Shown here: one piece after another, positions 53,479-62,986 of the stretch
Layout: every line of letters begins with the position of its first letter
How positions within the stretch are numbered: position 1 is the first letter of the stretch
DNA from: Candidatus Pacearchaeota archaeon
GTDB taxonomy: Archaea; Nanobdellota; Nanobdellia; Pacearchaeales; GW2011-AR1
Assembly: GCA_018304105.1 (NCBI GenBank)
Contig: JAGVWX010000018.1
Span: 13,336 to 77,335 of the forward strand
Reading direction: 5' to 3'
Length of the DNA stretch: 64,000 nt
The notes under the pieces: model-generated
Database searches by the model: none
Told to the model about the DNA's origin: nothing
Seen by the model: the letters and a program-made list of their open reading frames with translations, nothing else
Made by a program: the position numbers and the translations under genes

Positions 53479-53955
53479 TTACAAAGCTCCTTTTACCTTT
53501 TCGAAAGTTGATTTAAGTTTTTCGTTTCGGGTTATCATTTTTATGTCTGGAAGCGCTTCAGGATTATGTGAAACTTTCAGGCCTGCGTCGACAGCGCCTT
53601 TCAGGACGGCATAAAGTCTTGAGCCATGAACATTTCTCTGCAAACCAATATCTAAGATAACTTCTCCGATTTTGGTCTTCAGGCTTTTTACCAATAGAAA
53701 TCCTGTAAGGTAAGCTGCTGGAAGAGACTTTAAAGAGCCTTGCTTTTCTTTTGGCCAGCCTTTTGATAAAAGGTTTTTCGAACTTGTTTCAGCGATTACT
53801 TTATCCTGTGCTATGTCCGAATCTATAATTTGAACTAAAATATACCTGTTTGTTTTTCTAACTACAAGTCTTGGTTTTTCTGATTTAAGGAGACTGAATC
53901 TAGCCTTATAATCAGTTTTTCTTTCTCGTCTTCTTCGCCTTAGTGTTTTTGGCAT
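53479..53955 (-). CDS. rpl18: Ribosomal protein uL18
   Basis: RRRRRERKTDYKARFSLLKSEKPRLVVRKTNRYILVQII. Confidence 0.85.
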   Translation of the reverse strand: MPKTLRRRRRERKTDYKARFSLLKSEKPRLVVRKTNRYILVQIIDSDIAQDKVIAETSSKNLLSKGWPKEKQGSLKSLPAAYLTGFLLVKSLKTKIGEVILDIGLQRNVHGSRLYAVLKGAVDAGLKVSHNPEALPDIKMITRNEKLKSTFEKVKGAL

Positions 53956-54382
53956 TTTTTACTCCCTTGATTTTGAGCGTTCCGAATTGCAAGATTCTTT
54001 CTTTCATATGAGCTAAACTTCTGAACATGCTTGCCCGAATTTCTTTCCTAAGCGTTAAATAGTTTTCCTTTGGAATTTGTTTGGTCTTTTTTAGATACGC
54101 CAGATAAGACCTGAGCTTTCGGGTTATTATGACGTATTTTCTTTTTCCGCCTCTGACTTTCTTTCTAAAACTACCGAATCTCTTTCTTGTTTTTCTTTTC
54201 TTCTGAGTTTTTCTTCCCCGTATTTCTTTTATGTGAATTGCTCCGGCTTCTTTCAAATCGCGTATGTCCTGCTTTGTGATTGCTTCTTTCAGTTCGCTAA
54301 GACGAGCTGTGTTAAAGATGATTCTATTCTTGCCGACTTTTAACGCGCGAGCAACGAGGTTTCTTTTAGTTTCTAGTTTCAT
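53912..54382 (-). CDS. rpl19e: Ribosomal protein eL19
   Basis: KRNLVARALKVGKNRIIFNTARLSELKEAITKQDIRDL... Confidence 0.8.
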   Translation of the reverse strand: MKLETKRNLVARALKVGKNRIIFNTARLSELKEAITKQDIRDLKEAGAIHIKEIRGRKTQKKRKTRKRFGSFRKKVRGGKRKYVIITRKLRSYLAYLKKTKQIPKENYLTLRKEIRASMFRSLAHMKERILQFGTLKIKGVKNAKNTKAKKTRKKN

Positions 54383-54740
54383 TTTTATCTCCCTGAACAT
54401 TTCGAACATTTAGTATCTTTATCTTTTTTTCTTCTGCGAATTTGATTATTTCCAATTTCTTTTTTGCTCCGACTTTTGCTAAAATGGCAACGTTATCGCT
54501 TCCAAGTTTTCCTAAATCTTTGATGTTGTAAACCAATACTGGAATCTGGCCATTTATTCTTCCGTGTTCCTTTCTTGGCGAGCTGTATCCAACTGAAACT
54601 GTAGCAGGATAACTCTTTCTCTTTAGCCTCATTTTGTTGTCTCTTCCCTTTGGCCTTTTCCATCTTTGAAGCTTCTTTCTGTTCTTTCCGAGCTTGGAAA
54701 ATCTCTTCATGTTTCTTCTGACGAAAGTTTTATTTGACAT
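54366..54740 (-). CDS. rpl32e: Ribosomal protein eL32
   Basis: FVRRNMKRFSKLGKNRKKLQRWKRPKGRDNKMRLKRK...VGYSSPRKEHG. Confidence 0.8.
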   Translation of the reverse strand: MSNKTFVRRNMKRFSKLGKNRKKLQRWKRPKGRDNKMRLKRKSYPATVSVGYSSPRKEHGRINGQIPVLVYNIKDLGKLGSDNVAILAKVGAKKKLEIIKFAEEKKIKILNVRNVQGDKNETRN

Positions 54741-55293
54741 TAGGACGAACCTCCCCAACTCTGGCCGGCTTTTCAGTTATGTAAATACCGTCCTGGAAAA
54801 TTCTTCGGTCTCTGCCACGAAGTTTTGTTGCCTTTTCAAGATTGGCGGCAGTCTGGCCTGCAGCTTCGCGATAATTTGATGAGACTGTGATTTGCGGGCC
54901 ATTTATCTTGACTTCTACTCCTGGAAGAATTTTTGCTTCTCTTGGAACTTTTTCCCCCAAGAAATTATTTATTACAACTTTTCCGGATTCAAGTTTTAGA
55001 GTCATGGGAAAATGAACATTGCAAGACTCAAGCTTGTAGACGAAGACGTTCTGCAGGCCGGCAAATAAGTTTTTTATATGAGCAATCATAGACATAACTT
55101 TCGTGAAGTTTTTTTTGTTTCCTTTCTTGCATTCGAGAATTATCTCGTTGTTGTGAACTTTGATTTCGGTAGATGAAATTAAAATTTTTCTTTCTGATGT
55201 TGTTGAGCCGCCTGTGCATTTCAGAATTCCATGAGAATATTCGCAGGAGATTCCTTCGGGAACCGGAAGTTTTTCTAATATATGATGTTTCAT
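54730..55293 (-). CDS. rpl6: Ribosomal protein uL6
   Basis: Position between uS8 and eL32, with the two-domain uL6 pattern (...FAGLQNVFVYKLESCNVHFPMTL...IFQDGIYITEK). Confidence 0.8.
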   Translation of the reverse strand: MKHHILEKLPVPEGISCEYSHGILKCTGGSTTSERKILISSTEIKVHNNEIILECKKGNKKNFTKVMSMIAHIKNLFAGLQNVFVYKLESCNVHFPMTLKLESGKVVINNFLGEKVPREAKILPGVEVKINGPQITVSSNYREAAGQTAANLEKATKLRGRDRRIFQDGIYITEKPARVGEVRPNVK

Positions 55294-55294
55294 G

Positions 55295-55675
55295 TTAAAA
55301 GAAATAAGCAATTAAGCTTCCTCCGAGATTTTTTTCCAGAGCAGTCTGATGGGTAACGAGGCCTTGCGATGTTGAAATTATTAAGATGCCGAGATTTCTT
55401 GCGGGCAAGTATCTTTTGGTGTATTTTTCTATATCATCTTTCTTTACTATAAATCTTGGCTTTATCGCGTTGCAGCCGTTTAGTTTGCCGAGTTTAATTT
55501 TCAAGAGCTTGGTGTTTGAATCTATATGATATGATTCGACATAACCTTTGAGTTTTGCTATTGCTAGAACGCTCAGAAGGAATTTAGAATGTGTTTTTAC
55601 TGTTAGCTCTGGCTTTCTTGCTCTCAAAGCGTTCATCATCCTATTCAATGTATCAGCGACTGTATCTTGTGACAT
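55295..55675 (-). CDS. rps8: Ribosomal protein uS8
   Basis: DTVADTLNRMMNALRARKPEL...LKGYVESY...ILIISTSQGLVTHQTALEKNLGGSLIAYFF. Confidence 0.85.
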   Translation of the reverse strand: MSQDTVADTLNRMMNALRARKPELTVKTHSKFLLSVLAIAKLKGYVESYHIDSNTKLLKIKLGKLNGCNAIKPRFIVKKDDIEKYTKRYLPARNLGILIISTSQGLVTHQTALEKNLGGSLIAYFF

Positions 55676-55682
55676 TTTTCTC

Positions 55683-55913
55683 CTAACTATATTTCTTGAA
55701 ACCTATTTCTTCTGCGATTTCTCTGAAGCAGTGCCTGCAGATGTGAAGGTTGTATTGGTTTAAGTGTGCCCCGAAACGACCGCAGCGCTCGCACTTTTGT
55801 GCCGCGACGCCCTGCTTTCTGTCTTTTGGCTTGTTGTGTCTCAGGAATTTTTGCATTACTGCGGGCTTGCTTCTTAATTGCTTCGTTATTTTTTTCCAAT
55901 CGCTTGCTGTCAT
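55683..55913 (-). CDS. rps14: Ribosomal protein uS14 (zinc type) with an N-terminal extension
   Basis: KCERCGRFGAHLNQYNLHICRHCFREIAEEIGFKKY. Confidence 0.8.
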   Translation of the reverse strand: MTASDWKKITKQLRSKPAVMQKFLRHNKPKDRKQGVAAQKCERCGRFGAHLNQYNLHICRHCFREIAEEIGFKKYS

Positions 55914-56308
55914 ATTGCTTGTGCTCCGTTAATTCTTGAATGTTCATAAGGCTCTTGAAAAATATTTTTCTTTCTCTCCCTTATTACGAAATGAGCCGCT
56001 ACACCTGGATGCTCTTGCGCGAATTTTTCAAGAGGGCAGGATTCTTCTCTTAATGACGCGCCTGAAATTTCGACTGTATGATTGATATGCACAGCTCTAA
56101 TCTCCGAAGCAGGAACAGTACAGAAATTTATATTTAACGTTCCATCAGCGCCAGATGTTGTTGTATATGCAAATCTACAATTACCTGCAGGAGTAGTTTC
56201 AACATATCTTCCAATGACTACACTCACTCCGTCTCTTGCTAATGAATAATTCACTCCCGATGATAATTTCGGTTGTGCTATTGTTTGTGTTGCTGTTTCA
56301 GTTATCAT
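55910..56308 (-). CDS. Orphan 132-aa protein wedged between rpl5 and rps14
   Basis: 4-nt overlaps at both ends; no motif recognised. Confidence 0.55.
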   Translation of the reverse strand: MITETATQTIAQPKLSSGVNYSLARDGVSVVIGRYVETTPAGNCRFAYTTTSGADGTLNINFCTVPASEIRAVHINHTVEISGASLREESCPLEKFAQEHPGVAAHFVIRERKKNIFQEPYEHSRINGAQAI

Positions 56309-56823
56309 TTTCCGTATATCTCCGTTTTGAAATTTTCTTTCATGAATTCGATGATTTCTGCAGGCTTAACATACTGCCTTTGGGGCATTCTTCCAGCTTT
56401 TATTTTTTTCCTTTTTACTCTGACGCCTGCTCGAATAAAAGAAGCTGTGACATTCAATCCGCGGATTCCGATTTCCCTTTTGTATTCGACTCCGGGAATT
56501 TCAATATATTCGTGAATGCCAAATGAAAATCCGTTCTTTGCTATCTGCCTTTTCTTGATTCTGTTGTCAATTGCACCCAATAATTGATTTAATATTTTAA
56601 TTGCTTCCTGGTTTCTTAATGTGATTGATGTGCCGAGGGGCATGTCTGGCTTGACGTTGAAGTTAGGAATTCTTGTGCTTGGACCGGATTGAGTGATTTG
56701 AGCTTTTCTTCCGGTAAGAAGTTCAAGAAGTTTTCTCGCTTTTTCCAAATCGGGGCCGGTAGCACCACAACTAAGCACGACCTTTTCAAGTTTTATTTTT
56801 CGCATTGGGTTTTTTTCGTTCAT
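56305..56823 (-). CDS. rpl5: Ribosomal protein uL5
   Basis: NPMRKIKLEKVVLSCGATG...FSFGIHEYIEIPGVEYKREIGIRGLNV. Confidence 0.85.
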   Translation of the reverse strand: MNEKNPMRKIKLEKVVLSCGATGPDLEKARKLLELLTGRKAQITQSGPSTRIPNFNVKPDMPLGTSITLRNQEAIKILNQLLGAIDNRIKKRQIAKNGFSFGIHEYIEIPGVEYKREIGIRGLNVTASFIRAGVRVKRKKIKAGRMPQRQYVKPAEIIEFMKENFKTEIYGK

Positions 56824-57056
56824 CTTCTGTTGTCTCCTTCATAAATGACTGGTTGTGATTCGGAATAATTAGACGTTGGCCGATAAAATGCTGTCTGAGT
56901 AGTTGGCGGAAGAGTTTGCTTATGGGCTTCAGAATGATTAAGTGCTATCGGAATAATTATTGACATAGCTGCTCCGGCAATTACTACTCCTGCTAAAACA
57001 TCTAAGGTGGACTGGTGGTCTCTTGCTTTTTTGATTAGAGTATTGAATGTGTTCAT
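56820..57056 (-). CDS. Orphan 78-aa single-TM protein wedged between rps4e and rpl5
   Basis: TM helix LDVLAGVVIAGAAMSIIIPIAL; 4-nt overlaps at both ends. Confidence 0.5.
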   Translation of the reverse strand: MNTFNTLIKKARDHQSTLDVLAGVVIAGAAMSIIIPIALNHSEAHKQTLPPTTQTAFYRPTSNYSESQPVIYEGDNRR

Positions 57057-57679
57057 AATACAATTACCCCGTTTTTCTCGAGTTTAACTTCTACATTTTT
57101 TTCTTTAACTTTGACTGTGACTTTGCCTTCTTCGATGTTTTCAATTTTGCCTTTGTGGCCAAGCAACTTTCCCTTTGTAATTATGCAGTCTTTTCCGTGG
57201 CTGAACTCGACATGCTTCTTGATTTTGCCTTCCGTGTCGAGATAAATCGTGTCATAGGTTTTGATTTTGCTGTCGCTTGAAAGAATGTTTGAACCATCGT
57301 GAAAATTAATCTGGATTTTTTTGCCGTCAAGAATTTTTTTGCCAATCACTTTGCAGGGCCTTTCCTTCTGCTTGGTTTCTTCAAGGACAAATTTTCCTTG
57401 AGGGGTTAAAGAAAGAATGTAAGTTTTGTCTGCTTCAAAAAGATTAAACATTCTGATAGAATCCCTGTAATCCTTGACTTCTTTGCCGTTGATTTTTAAG
57501 GATTTTTGCTTTATCATGTGCTTGACTTCTTTTGCAGTCTTTGCAAGCTTGAGCATATCTCTCACGGCAATGACAACTGGAACAGAATTCTCCAAGTCCA
57601 TGAGCGACCTGGCTACATATTGCGTGCCCTTTCTTGGAACTGGAATTTTTTTATTTACCTGTGCTCTTGTCTGATGCAT
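57053..57679 (-). CDS. rps4e: Ribosomal protein eS4
   Basis: Position, plus the S4-like/KOW architecture (VVIAVRDMLKLAKTAKEVKHMIKQKSLKINGKEVKDYRDSI...). Confidence 0.8.
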   Translation of the reverse strand: MHQTRAQVNKKIPVPRKGTQYVARSLMDLENSVPVVIAVRDMLKLAKTAKEVKHMIKQKSLKINGKEVKDYRDSIRMFNLFEADKTYILSLTPQGKFVLEETKQKERPCKVIGKKILDGKKIQINFHDGSNILSSDSKIKTYDTIYLDTEGKIKKHVEFSHGKDCIITKGKLLGHKGKIENIEEGKVTVKVKEKNVEVKLEKNGVIVL

Positions 57680-58100
57680 TTTTTTTATCTCCCGAATTAG
57701 ATTTTGAATCTGTGCTTGTTTTTCCGCGCCCTAATGCTTCAATTCTTTTTTTGTCGTCCAAGGCTAAGACTTGAATCTGGAGCGCGCTTGGGTGGAACCA
57801 GACGTTTACTTTTGTTCCGTCTTTCTTTGCTCTTTGAATGCTTTCTAAAGCGAGGCGGGTTCTTTTCAAATCGACAACTGAGACTTTTGCTTTTTTCTTT
57901 CTGAACGAACCGCGCATGACAAGCGCTTCGTCGCCTTTCCTTATCGGAAGACTTCTCTTGCCATACTTCTTACGCAATTCTTTTGAAAGATTCGCGCTTA
58001 AAAATTTATGTTTAAGATGAAGCGGCGCGTTTGCCGAAAACTTTCTTTGCTTTCGAGGCTGGCTCGAGGATTGCCAAGCGGTTGAGAATGTGGATTTCAT
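57651..58100 (-). CDS. rpl24: Ribosomal protein uL24 with a C-terminal extension
   Basis: SQPRKQRKFSANAPLHLKHKFLSANLSKELRKKYGKRSLPIRKGDEALVMRGSFRKKKAKV; start taken at MKSTF (58100). Confidence 0.8.
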   Translation of the reverse strand: MKSTFSTAWQSSSQPRKQRKFSANAPLHLKHKFLSANLSKELRKKYGKRSLPIRKGDEALVMRGSFRKKKAKVSVVDLKRTRLALESIQRAKKDGTKVNVWFHPSALQIQVLALDDKKRIEALGRGKTSTDSKSNSGDKKNASDKSTGK

Positions 58101-58101
58101 G

Positions 58102-58380
58102 TTAATTGCTAGGATAAGTAGCCCTCCGGTTTGTTTCATCGACAAGTTGATTAACTCTTGCCAATAATTCTTCATCTCCTTTTACTAATCGGTCTTCGCT
58201 TATTCCTTTATTTTTGAGGGCGCTTCTATGACATCGATATACGGCCATAGTTATTTCCATTTCATCTGGTCTTCTCAAAAGTGCTTGGGCAGCACTTTCA
58301 ATATTCCATTTATAATGTTCTTCTGGCGTCTTGCCTGCAGAAATATCAATTCTGATTTCGGGTGCATTAGTGTTTGCCAT
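58102..58380 (-). CDS. Orphan ~92-aa protein wedged between rpl14 and rpl24
   Basis: The MANTNAPE start is 1 nt after the rpl14 stop, and its stop is 1 nt before the rpl24 start. Confidence 0.5.
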   Translation of the reverse strand: MANTNAPEIRIDISAGKTPEEHYKWNIESAAQALLRRPDEMEITMAVYRCHRSALKNKGISEDRLVKGDEELLARVNQLVDETNRRATYPSN

Positions 58381-58381
58381 G

Positions 58382-58810
58382 TTACAAAACATATTGGGCT
58401 ATCTTAGCCACGGATGGCCAACGCTCCTGAACCTCCCTTGCTACTGGTCCTTTAATCTGAGTGCCTTTTGGATTTCCTTTATCATCTTTCATCAACGCGA
58501 CAGCGTTGTCTTCAAAACAAACTCTTTCTCCTGTGAATCTTCTGTAAGGTTTTTTCTGGCGGATTACAACAGCGTCAAAAACCTGGCCTTTCATGTCTGG
58601 CTTGCCTTTTCTTACTGAGACTTTTACCCAGTCGCCGAGCTTTGCGTATTGCTGTCTTTTCTTTCTAACTTTTCCGTGCTTGACTCCGGTGATTCTTACA
58701 ATCTGAGCTCCAGAGTTGTCGCTGGCTATTACCATGCTTCCGATGTTAAGACCGCGTGTTGCTCTTGCGCTTATTGCTTTTCCCGAGATGATTGATGATT
58801 TGTTTGCCAT
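58382..58810 (-). CDS. rpl14: Ribosomal protein uL14
   Basis: GLNIGSMVIASDNSGAQIVRITGVK...FEDNAVALMKDDKGNPKGTQIKGPVAREV. Confidence 0.88.
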   Translation of the reverse strand: MANKSSIISGKAISARATRGLNIGSMVIASDNSGAQIVRITGVKHGKVRKKRQQYAKLGDWVKVSVRKGKPDMKGQVFDAVVIRQKKPYRRFTGERVCFEDNAVALMKDDKGNPKGTQIKGPVAREVQERWPSVAKIAQYVL

Positions 58811-59037
58811 TATTCATTTCCTCCGCGAGCATTTACAAAAAGTATAGGACAGGTTGAGTATCTTTCTTGTCGTGAACAAATCCTCTCAAATTGGGTCAGA
58901 TTTATCGAGAGTGGACAACTTTCATATGCCTTTGGACAAATATTATTATAACCTATCGGAGTTGTAACTCTATTGAGAGATTCTAACACTTCTTCATCAA
59001 GCAATTCCATGCTGATTCCTTTTGTAAGATTTATCAT
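58810..59037 (-). CDS. Orphan 75-aa Cys-containing protein wedged between rps17 and rpl14
   Basis: 4-nt overlap with rps17 and 1-nt overlap with rpl14. Four Cys (ICPKAYESCP...ICSRQERYSTCP). Confidence 0.5.
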   Translation of the reverse strand: MINLTKGISMELLDEEVLESLNRVTTPIGYNNICPKAYESCPLSINLTQFERICSRQERYSTCPILFVNARGGNE

Positions 59038-59441
59038 TTCAGTTCCTCCAAAATTTCTTTTTCCTTGTCTTTGCTGTTGTTATTTTCTGAGTCTGCGTCG
59101 CGGACTTTTTCAACGACAATGAAGTGAATTAGCTTGCTCAATGGGCGACATTCCTGAACTCTGATTAGGTCTCCCATGTTGATTTGGTCTGCAAATTCGT
59201 CAGGAAGTCTTGCGTGAATTCGTGTTCTTTTTTTCATGAATCTTTCGAACTTTTGGAGCTTGACTGTGCGTTCAAATTCAATTGTTATTCTTTTGTGAAA
59301 TTTTCTTATTACGTTTCCTTGGAAAACTCTTCCTCTTGCAGAAATTCCTAAAGTTCTAACTATTTCTCTGAAGTTGTTTTCTTTTCTGTTCTCTTCGCGG
59401 ACAGCCGCTACTGGCTGTTTCTTTTCTTTCTTCTCTGCCAT
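59034..59441 (-). CDS. rps17: Ribosomal protein uS17
   Basis: RGRVFQGNVIRKFHKRITIEFERTVKLQKFERFMKKRTRIHARLP...GDLIRVQECRPLSK. Confidence 0.85.
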   Translation of the reverse strand: MAEKKEKKQPVAAVREENRKENNFREIVRTLGISARGRVFQGNVIRKFHKRITIEFERTVKLQKFERFMKKRTRIHARLPDEFADQINMGDLIRVQECRPLSKLIHFIVVEKVRDADSENNNSKDKEKEILEELK

Positions 59442-59463
59442 TTTATCTAACCTTGGTTTGAGA

Positions 59464-59760
59464 TTAATCGCTTATGGAATCCTCGGCAAATCCGAGTTTC
59501 ACAAGAATAGGCCTAACCTTTTTCCTGTGGTCTCCTTGAAGTTCTACAACGTTGTCCTTTGCTGTTCCGCCGCAAGCGAGCCCTTCTTTCAGGCTCTTTG
59601 CCACGGACTTGACATCCACGTGCTTGTCAAAACCCTCGACGAGTGTTATTTTTTTCCCGTATCTCCTCGTCTGGGTTGTCACTTTTATCTGCTGTTCGCT
59701 TTTCGCGATTTCTTCAAACACATCGGTTTCACTTGGTAAGCCGAATTCGTTTGAATCCAT
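59464..59760 (-). CDS. Translation initiation factor aIF1 / SUI1
   Basis: KVTTQTRRYGKKITLVEGFD...VKSVAKSLKEGLACGGTAKDNVVELQGDHRKKV. Confidence 0.8.
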   Translation of the reverse strand: MDSNEFGLPSETDVFEEIAKSEQQIKVTTQTRRYGKKITLVEGFDKHVDVKSVAKSLKEGLACGGTAKDNVVELQGDHRKKVRPILVKLGFAEDSISD

Positions 59761-59997
59761 TTATTTCTTCAGCTCCTTTTTTTGGGAGGAACCGAGTTTG
59801 CTTTGTGACTTTGATTGTTTTTGCGAGTTAATCATTGTTAATATCCTTGAAATTGCCCTTTTAAGTTCTTTGGTCTTGGCACGAGGCTTGTTTGCTGTAA
59901 CATTTGCTCTTACTAATTCCATTTTCAAATCCTGCAGCTTGTCTGCCATTTCTTTATCGTTCATTTTTCTGACTTCGGAATTTTTTAAGATGGGCAT
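59761..59997 (-). CDS. rpl29: Ribosomal protein uL29
   Basis: LKNSEVRKMNDKEMADKLQDLKMELVRANV... Confidence 0.8.
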   Translation of the reverse strand: MPILKNSEVRKMNDKEMADKLQDLKMELVRANVTANKPRAKTKELKRAISRILTMINSQKQSKSQSKLGSSQKKELKK

Positions 59998-60743
59998 TAT
60001 TCTTTTTCCTCCATGGTTTTCTCAGTCGATTTTTTTGTTGGCATGGATTTTTTGACTGTTTTCTTTTTGGGCTTGGTCTCTTTTATTTCTTTGATTTCTT
60101 CTTTAACTGTGTCTAGTTCAGCAACAGTCATTTTAATTTTCTGCCTTAGTGTTTCATCGACTTTGATTTGGTCGCTTAGGGCGACTTCTGGGCGGAGGAT
60201 TGCCACTGAAACTCCGACGACACCAGCAATGGTTGTTGCCTGCGACTGAGCTCGGTCTACAAGTTTTGCAGGCTCGCCTGTCTTTTTCAGATAGCCGTGG
60301 CTGAATCGCCAAGTTCTTGCTCTGTCGCTCGGCAGCTTTCCAGCGAGAGTGATTTCAGTGCCTTGAGCGCCAGCCTTGATTATCTGCTGCAACATCTTGT
60401 AGGCGATGACTTTGAATTTCAAAGAACCTTTTCTTTCGAGCATTATCGCGATTTCGTCTGCGACTAACTGCGCGTCAAGAAGCGGCTGCATGATTTCAAC
60501 AATTTCTATGTGGGGATTGTCGAGCTTGAATCTTTTTTTCAAGACTCTTGTCAGTTCATCAATCTTTTCTCCTTTTCTTCCAATCACAAGACCTGGCCTG
60601 GAAGTTGAAACTTTTATTTTTTCTCCGACTGGAGTGTATTCTATTATTACTGCGCTGATTCTTCCTTTGCCGAGGGCGTTCTTTATGTATTCTCTAACTC
60701 TGAATTCATCTTTCTTGAAGCTTACAAATTTTTTCTCTTCCAT
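59997..60743 (-). CDS. rps3: Ribosomal protein uS3 with a Lys-rich C-terminal tail
   Basis: KH domain (VSTSRPGLVIGRKGEKIDELTRVLKKRF) plus the uS3 C-domain. Confidence 0.88.
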   Translation of the reverse strand: MEEKKFVSFKKDEFRVREYIKNALGKGRISAVIIEYTPVGEKIKVSTSRPGLVIGRKGEKIDELTRVLKKRFKLDNPHIEIVEIMQPLLDAQLVADEIAIMLERKGSLKFKVIAYKMLQQIIKAGAQGTEITLAGKLPSDRARTWRFSHGYLKKTGEPAKLVDRAQSQATTIAGVVGVSVAILRPEVALSDQIKVDETLRQKIKMTVAELDTVKEEIKEIKETKPKKKTVKKSMPTKKSTEKTMEEKE

Positions 60744-61378
60744 TATTTCTTGCTCTCCTTATTTGTCTTTTTGTTTATTTCATGAAATTCTTTCGCCTTG
60801 ATTATGATGTTTGTTCTTTTTCCTCGCACGCCGCCACGCCTTTGCGGACGAGTTGCCCAGGACGGAGAAACAAGATAAATTCTTGTTTCGTCTAGTTCCA
60901 TCTGGTTTGTTATAACATTGCCTTTCAGTCCTTTCAATAAATTAATGAAATATTTTGCAGCGTTGACTGGATAACGGCCTCGTTCCATGTTTCCTTTTCT
61001 GTGAGGAATTTCTCCTTTGTATGGAACCGCTTTCTTTAGCTTAATGACCTTTTCTAAATCTGCTATCGCGTCATCAATTTTTTTATTTTTGATGAAACTG
61101 CCGATGTACATTGAATGTTTTTTTGAAATCGGAAGGGAAACCCCCATAGCGATGGCTTCATCTTTCTTTTTCAGCTCTACTTTGACTTTTGGTTTTTCTG
61201 ATTCTTTCTTCTCTTGGGTTTTTTCTTGAGCTTTTTCTTCATCCGGCTCGGTCTCTTGCTTTTCTTTTTTCATTTGCGCTTCTATCTCTCTGGCTTTTTC
61301 CTTGTCCACCGGAAGAGGTTTTGCAACTATCGGTTTCATTTCTTTCTTCTCTTGTTTGATTTTATTTTCTTCTGCCAT
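60743..61378 (-). CDS. rpl22: Ribosomal protein uL22 with a ~75-aa Lys/Glu-rich N-terminal extension
   Basis: ISKKHSMYIGSFIKNKKIDDAIADLEKVI...GRYPVNAAKYFINLLKGLKGN. Confidence 0.85.
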   Translation of the reverse strand: MAEENKIKQEKKEMKPIVAKPLPVDKEKAREIEAQMKKEKQETEPDEEKAQEKTQEKKESEKPKVKVELKKKDEAIAMGVSLPISKKHSMYIGSFIKNKKIDDAIADLEKVIKLKKAVPYKGEIPHRKGNMERGRYPVNAAKYFINLLKGLKGNVITNQMELDETRIYLVSPSWATRPQRRGGVRGKRTNIIIKAKEFHEINKKTNKESKK

Positions 61379-61380
61379 GT

Positions 61381-61791
61381 TTACTTCTTCTGAGTGCGAG
61401 ATGATTTAGTTGCTCCGAGCCCTGCTGCTCCGTGGTTCACTTTTCCTCTGGACATTGCGAACTCGCCGAGCCTGTGGCCTATCATTTCAACAGTGGTTGT
61501 AATTTCCTGGAATGCTTTTCCGTTGTGGATTCCGATAGTCATGCCGACTAACTTTGGAACTATAATAATGTCTCTTAAATGAGTTCTGATTCTTTTGTTT
61601 CTTTCGAGTTTCTTTTCGCAGCGCTTTACAAACTTCTGGATTACGTCAAAGTTTCTTAAGACGGAACGCCTTGAACGGGAAGGCATGAACTTTGCTGATT
61701 CCCTGACGTCGAGTTCTTTAAGCTCTTCAAGAGATTTGCCCCGGTAATTTTGTTCTTTCTTTCTTACCTGTACTTCTTCATGTTCTGCCAT
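61381..61791 (-). CDS. rps19: Ribosomal protein uS19
   Basis: IIVPKLVGMTIGIHNGKAFQEITTTVEMIGHRLGEFAMSR. Confidence 0.88.
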   Translation of the reverse strand: MAEHEEVQVRKKEQNYRGKSLEELKELDVRESAKFMPSRSRRSVLRNFDVIQKFVKRCEKKLERNKRIRTHLRDIIIVPKLVGMTIGIHNGKAFQEITTTVEMIGHRLGEFAMSRGKVNHGAAGLGATKSSRTQKK

Positions 61792-61792
61792 T

Positions 61793-62041
61793 TTAATTAA
61801 GTAACCCTTCCCTTGTGAAAACTGTTCTTGTTGATTGCGGAATAGTGTTTGGCCTTCCGTCCAGAGTTCTGTCGGTTACTAATTTAAATCCTCGTTGTAC
61901 TAAGGCTTTTATTTGGCCTATTAATAATTCAGATTTTCCATATCCCGCCATTAATTTTCCGTCATCGTCTATACAACAGTATCCTATTGAGTCAGTGTCA
62001 AATATTTCTCTAGCAGTTATGTAAATTTGTCTTGGTTCCAT
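61793..62041 (-). CDS. Orphan 82-aa protein wedged between rpl2 and rps19
   Basis: 1-nt gaps at both ends; no motif recognised. Confidence 0.5.
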   Translation of the reverse strand: MEPRQIYITAREIFDTDSIGYCCIDDDGKLMAGYGKSELLIGQIKALVQRGFKLVTDRTLDGRPNTIPQSTRTVFTREGLLN

Positions 62042-62042
62042 T

Positions 62043-62744
62043 TTATCCGTGGTATCCTGTCTGTCGCGGCCTTACGTGCCCGACTCTCTTTCCTGCAGGA
62101 GCGTTTCGTTTAGCAATTTTTTGCTTGATTCTCTTGCCCCTGCCAGAGCCGAATGGATGGTCGACTGCGTTGACTTTGACTGCGGAAGTGCGTGGCCATA
62201 ATTTGTTTTTGGCTTTCATCTTGTAATGCATTTTTCCTGCTGTGACGAAAGGCTTGAGTATTCTTCCGTCGCCTGCGATTCTTCCTATTGTAGCCCTGCA
62301 GTTTTCATTGAGCGTGATTGTTTTTTTATTTGGCATTGTGATTAATATAGAATTGTTTTCAAGTTTCTTTGTGAGAGTTGCGAAAGAGCCCGCTGTCCGA
62401 ATCATTTTTCCACCATCGCCAGGATTTCTTTCAAGATTATATACCTGTGTTCCGAGCGGAATTTTTCCAACCGAAAGAATGTTTCCTTCTTTGGCTTCAC
62501 CATTTAAGAATATCTTCTGGCCAACATACGCTCCATTGAAAGCCGGATTATAAAATGTCTGCTCGTTGATTGAAATTTTTATTAATGGGGCGGAATGAGC
62601 TGCGGAATGAACTAAAGCGATTATTTCTGCCTCGCCTTTTTTGTCTGAAGAAGGATAACCAATTGTTTTATTGTATGCTTGTTTTCTGACTCTGTAAGTT
62701 AAGCTTCCCTTTCCTCTTGCTTGTGAAATTATTCTCTTTCCCAT
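62043..62744 (-). CDS. rpl2: Ribosomal protein uL2
   Basis: GNILSVGKIPLGTQVYNLE...NAVDHPFGSGRGKR... Confidence 0.9.
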   Translation of the reverse strand: MGKRIISQARGKGSLTYRVRKQAYNKTIGYPSSDKKGEAEIIALVHSAAHSAPLIKISINEQTFYNPAFNGAYVGQKIFLNGEAKEGNILSVGKIPLGTQVYNLERNPGDGGKMIRTAGSFATLTKKLENNSILITMPNKKTITLNENCRATIGRIAGDGRILKPFVTAGKMHYKMKAKNKLWPRTSAVKVNAVDHPFGSGRGKRIKQKIAKRNAPAGKRVGHVRPRQTGYHG

Positions 62745-62986
62745 TAAATCATCCCCAACTTAGTTGCGACATCAATCGCGGGGTTCTCCTTTTTGAGTTT
62801 TACGAATGCAACTTTTTTGTTGTTTTGAATTAAAGTTCTGACTTTTTCCACTTTGACTTTGAATATTTTTTCAACTTCTGCCTTTATTGTTCCTTTTCTT
62901 TCTTTCTTTTCGACTTCGAAGATTAATGTGTTTTCGATGTCTATTAGCTTGACTGCTTTTTCTGAAGTTACTGGCTTGAGAATCAT
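62744..62986 (-). CDS. rpl23: Ribosomal protein uL23
   Basis: ILKPVTSEKAVKLIDIENTLIFEVEKKERKGTIKAEVEKIFKVKVEKV. Confidence 0.85.
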   Translation of the reverse strand: MILKPVTSEKAVKLIDIENTLIFEVEKKERKGTIKAEVEKIFKVKVEKVRTLIQNNKKVAFVKLKKENPAIDVATKLGMI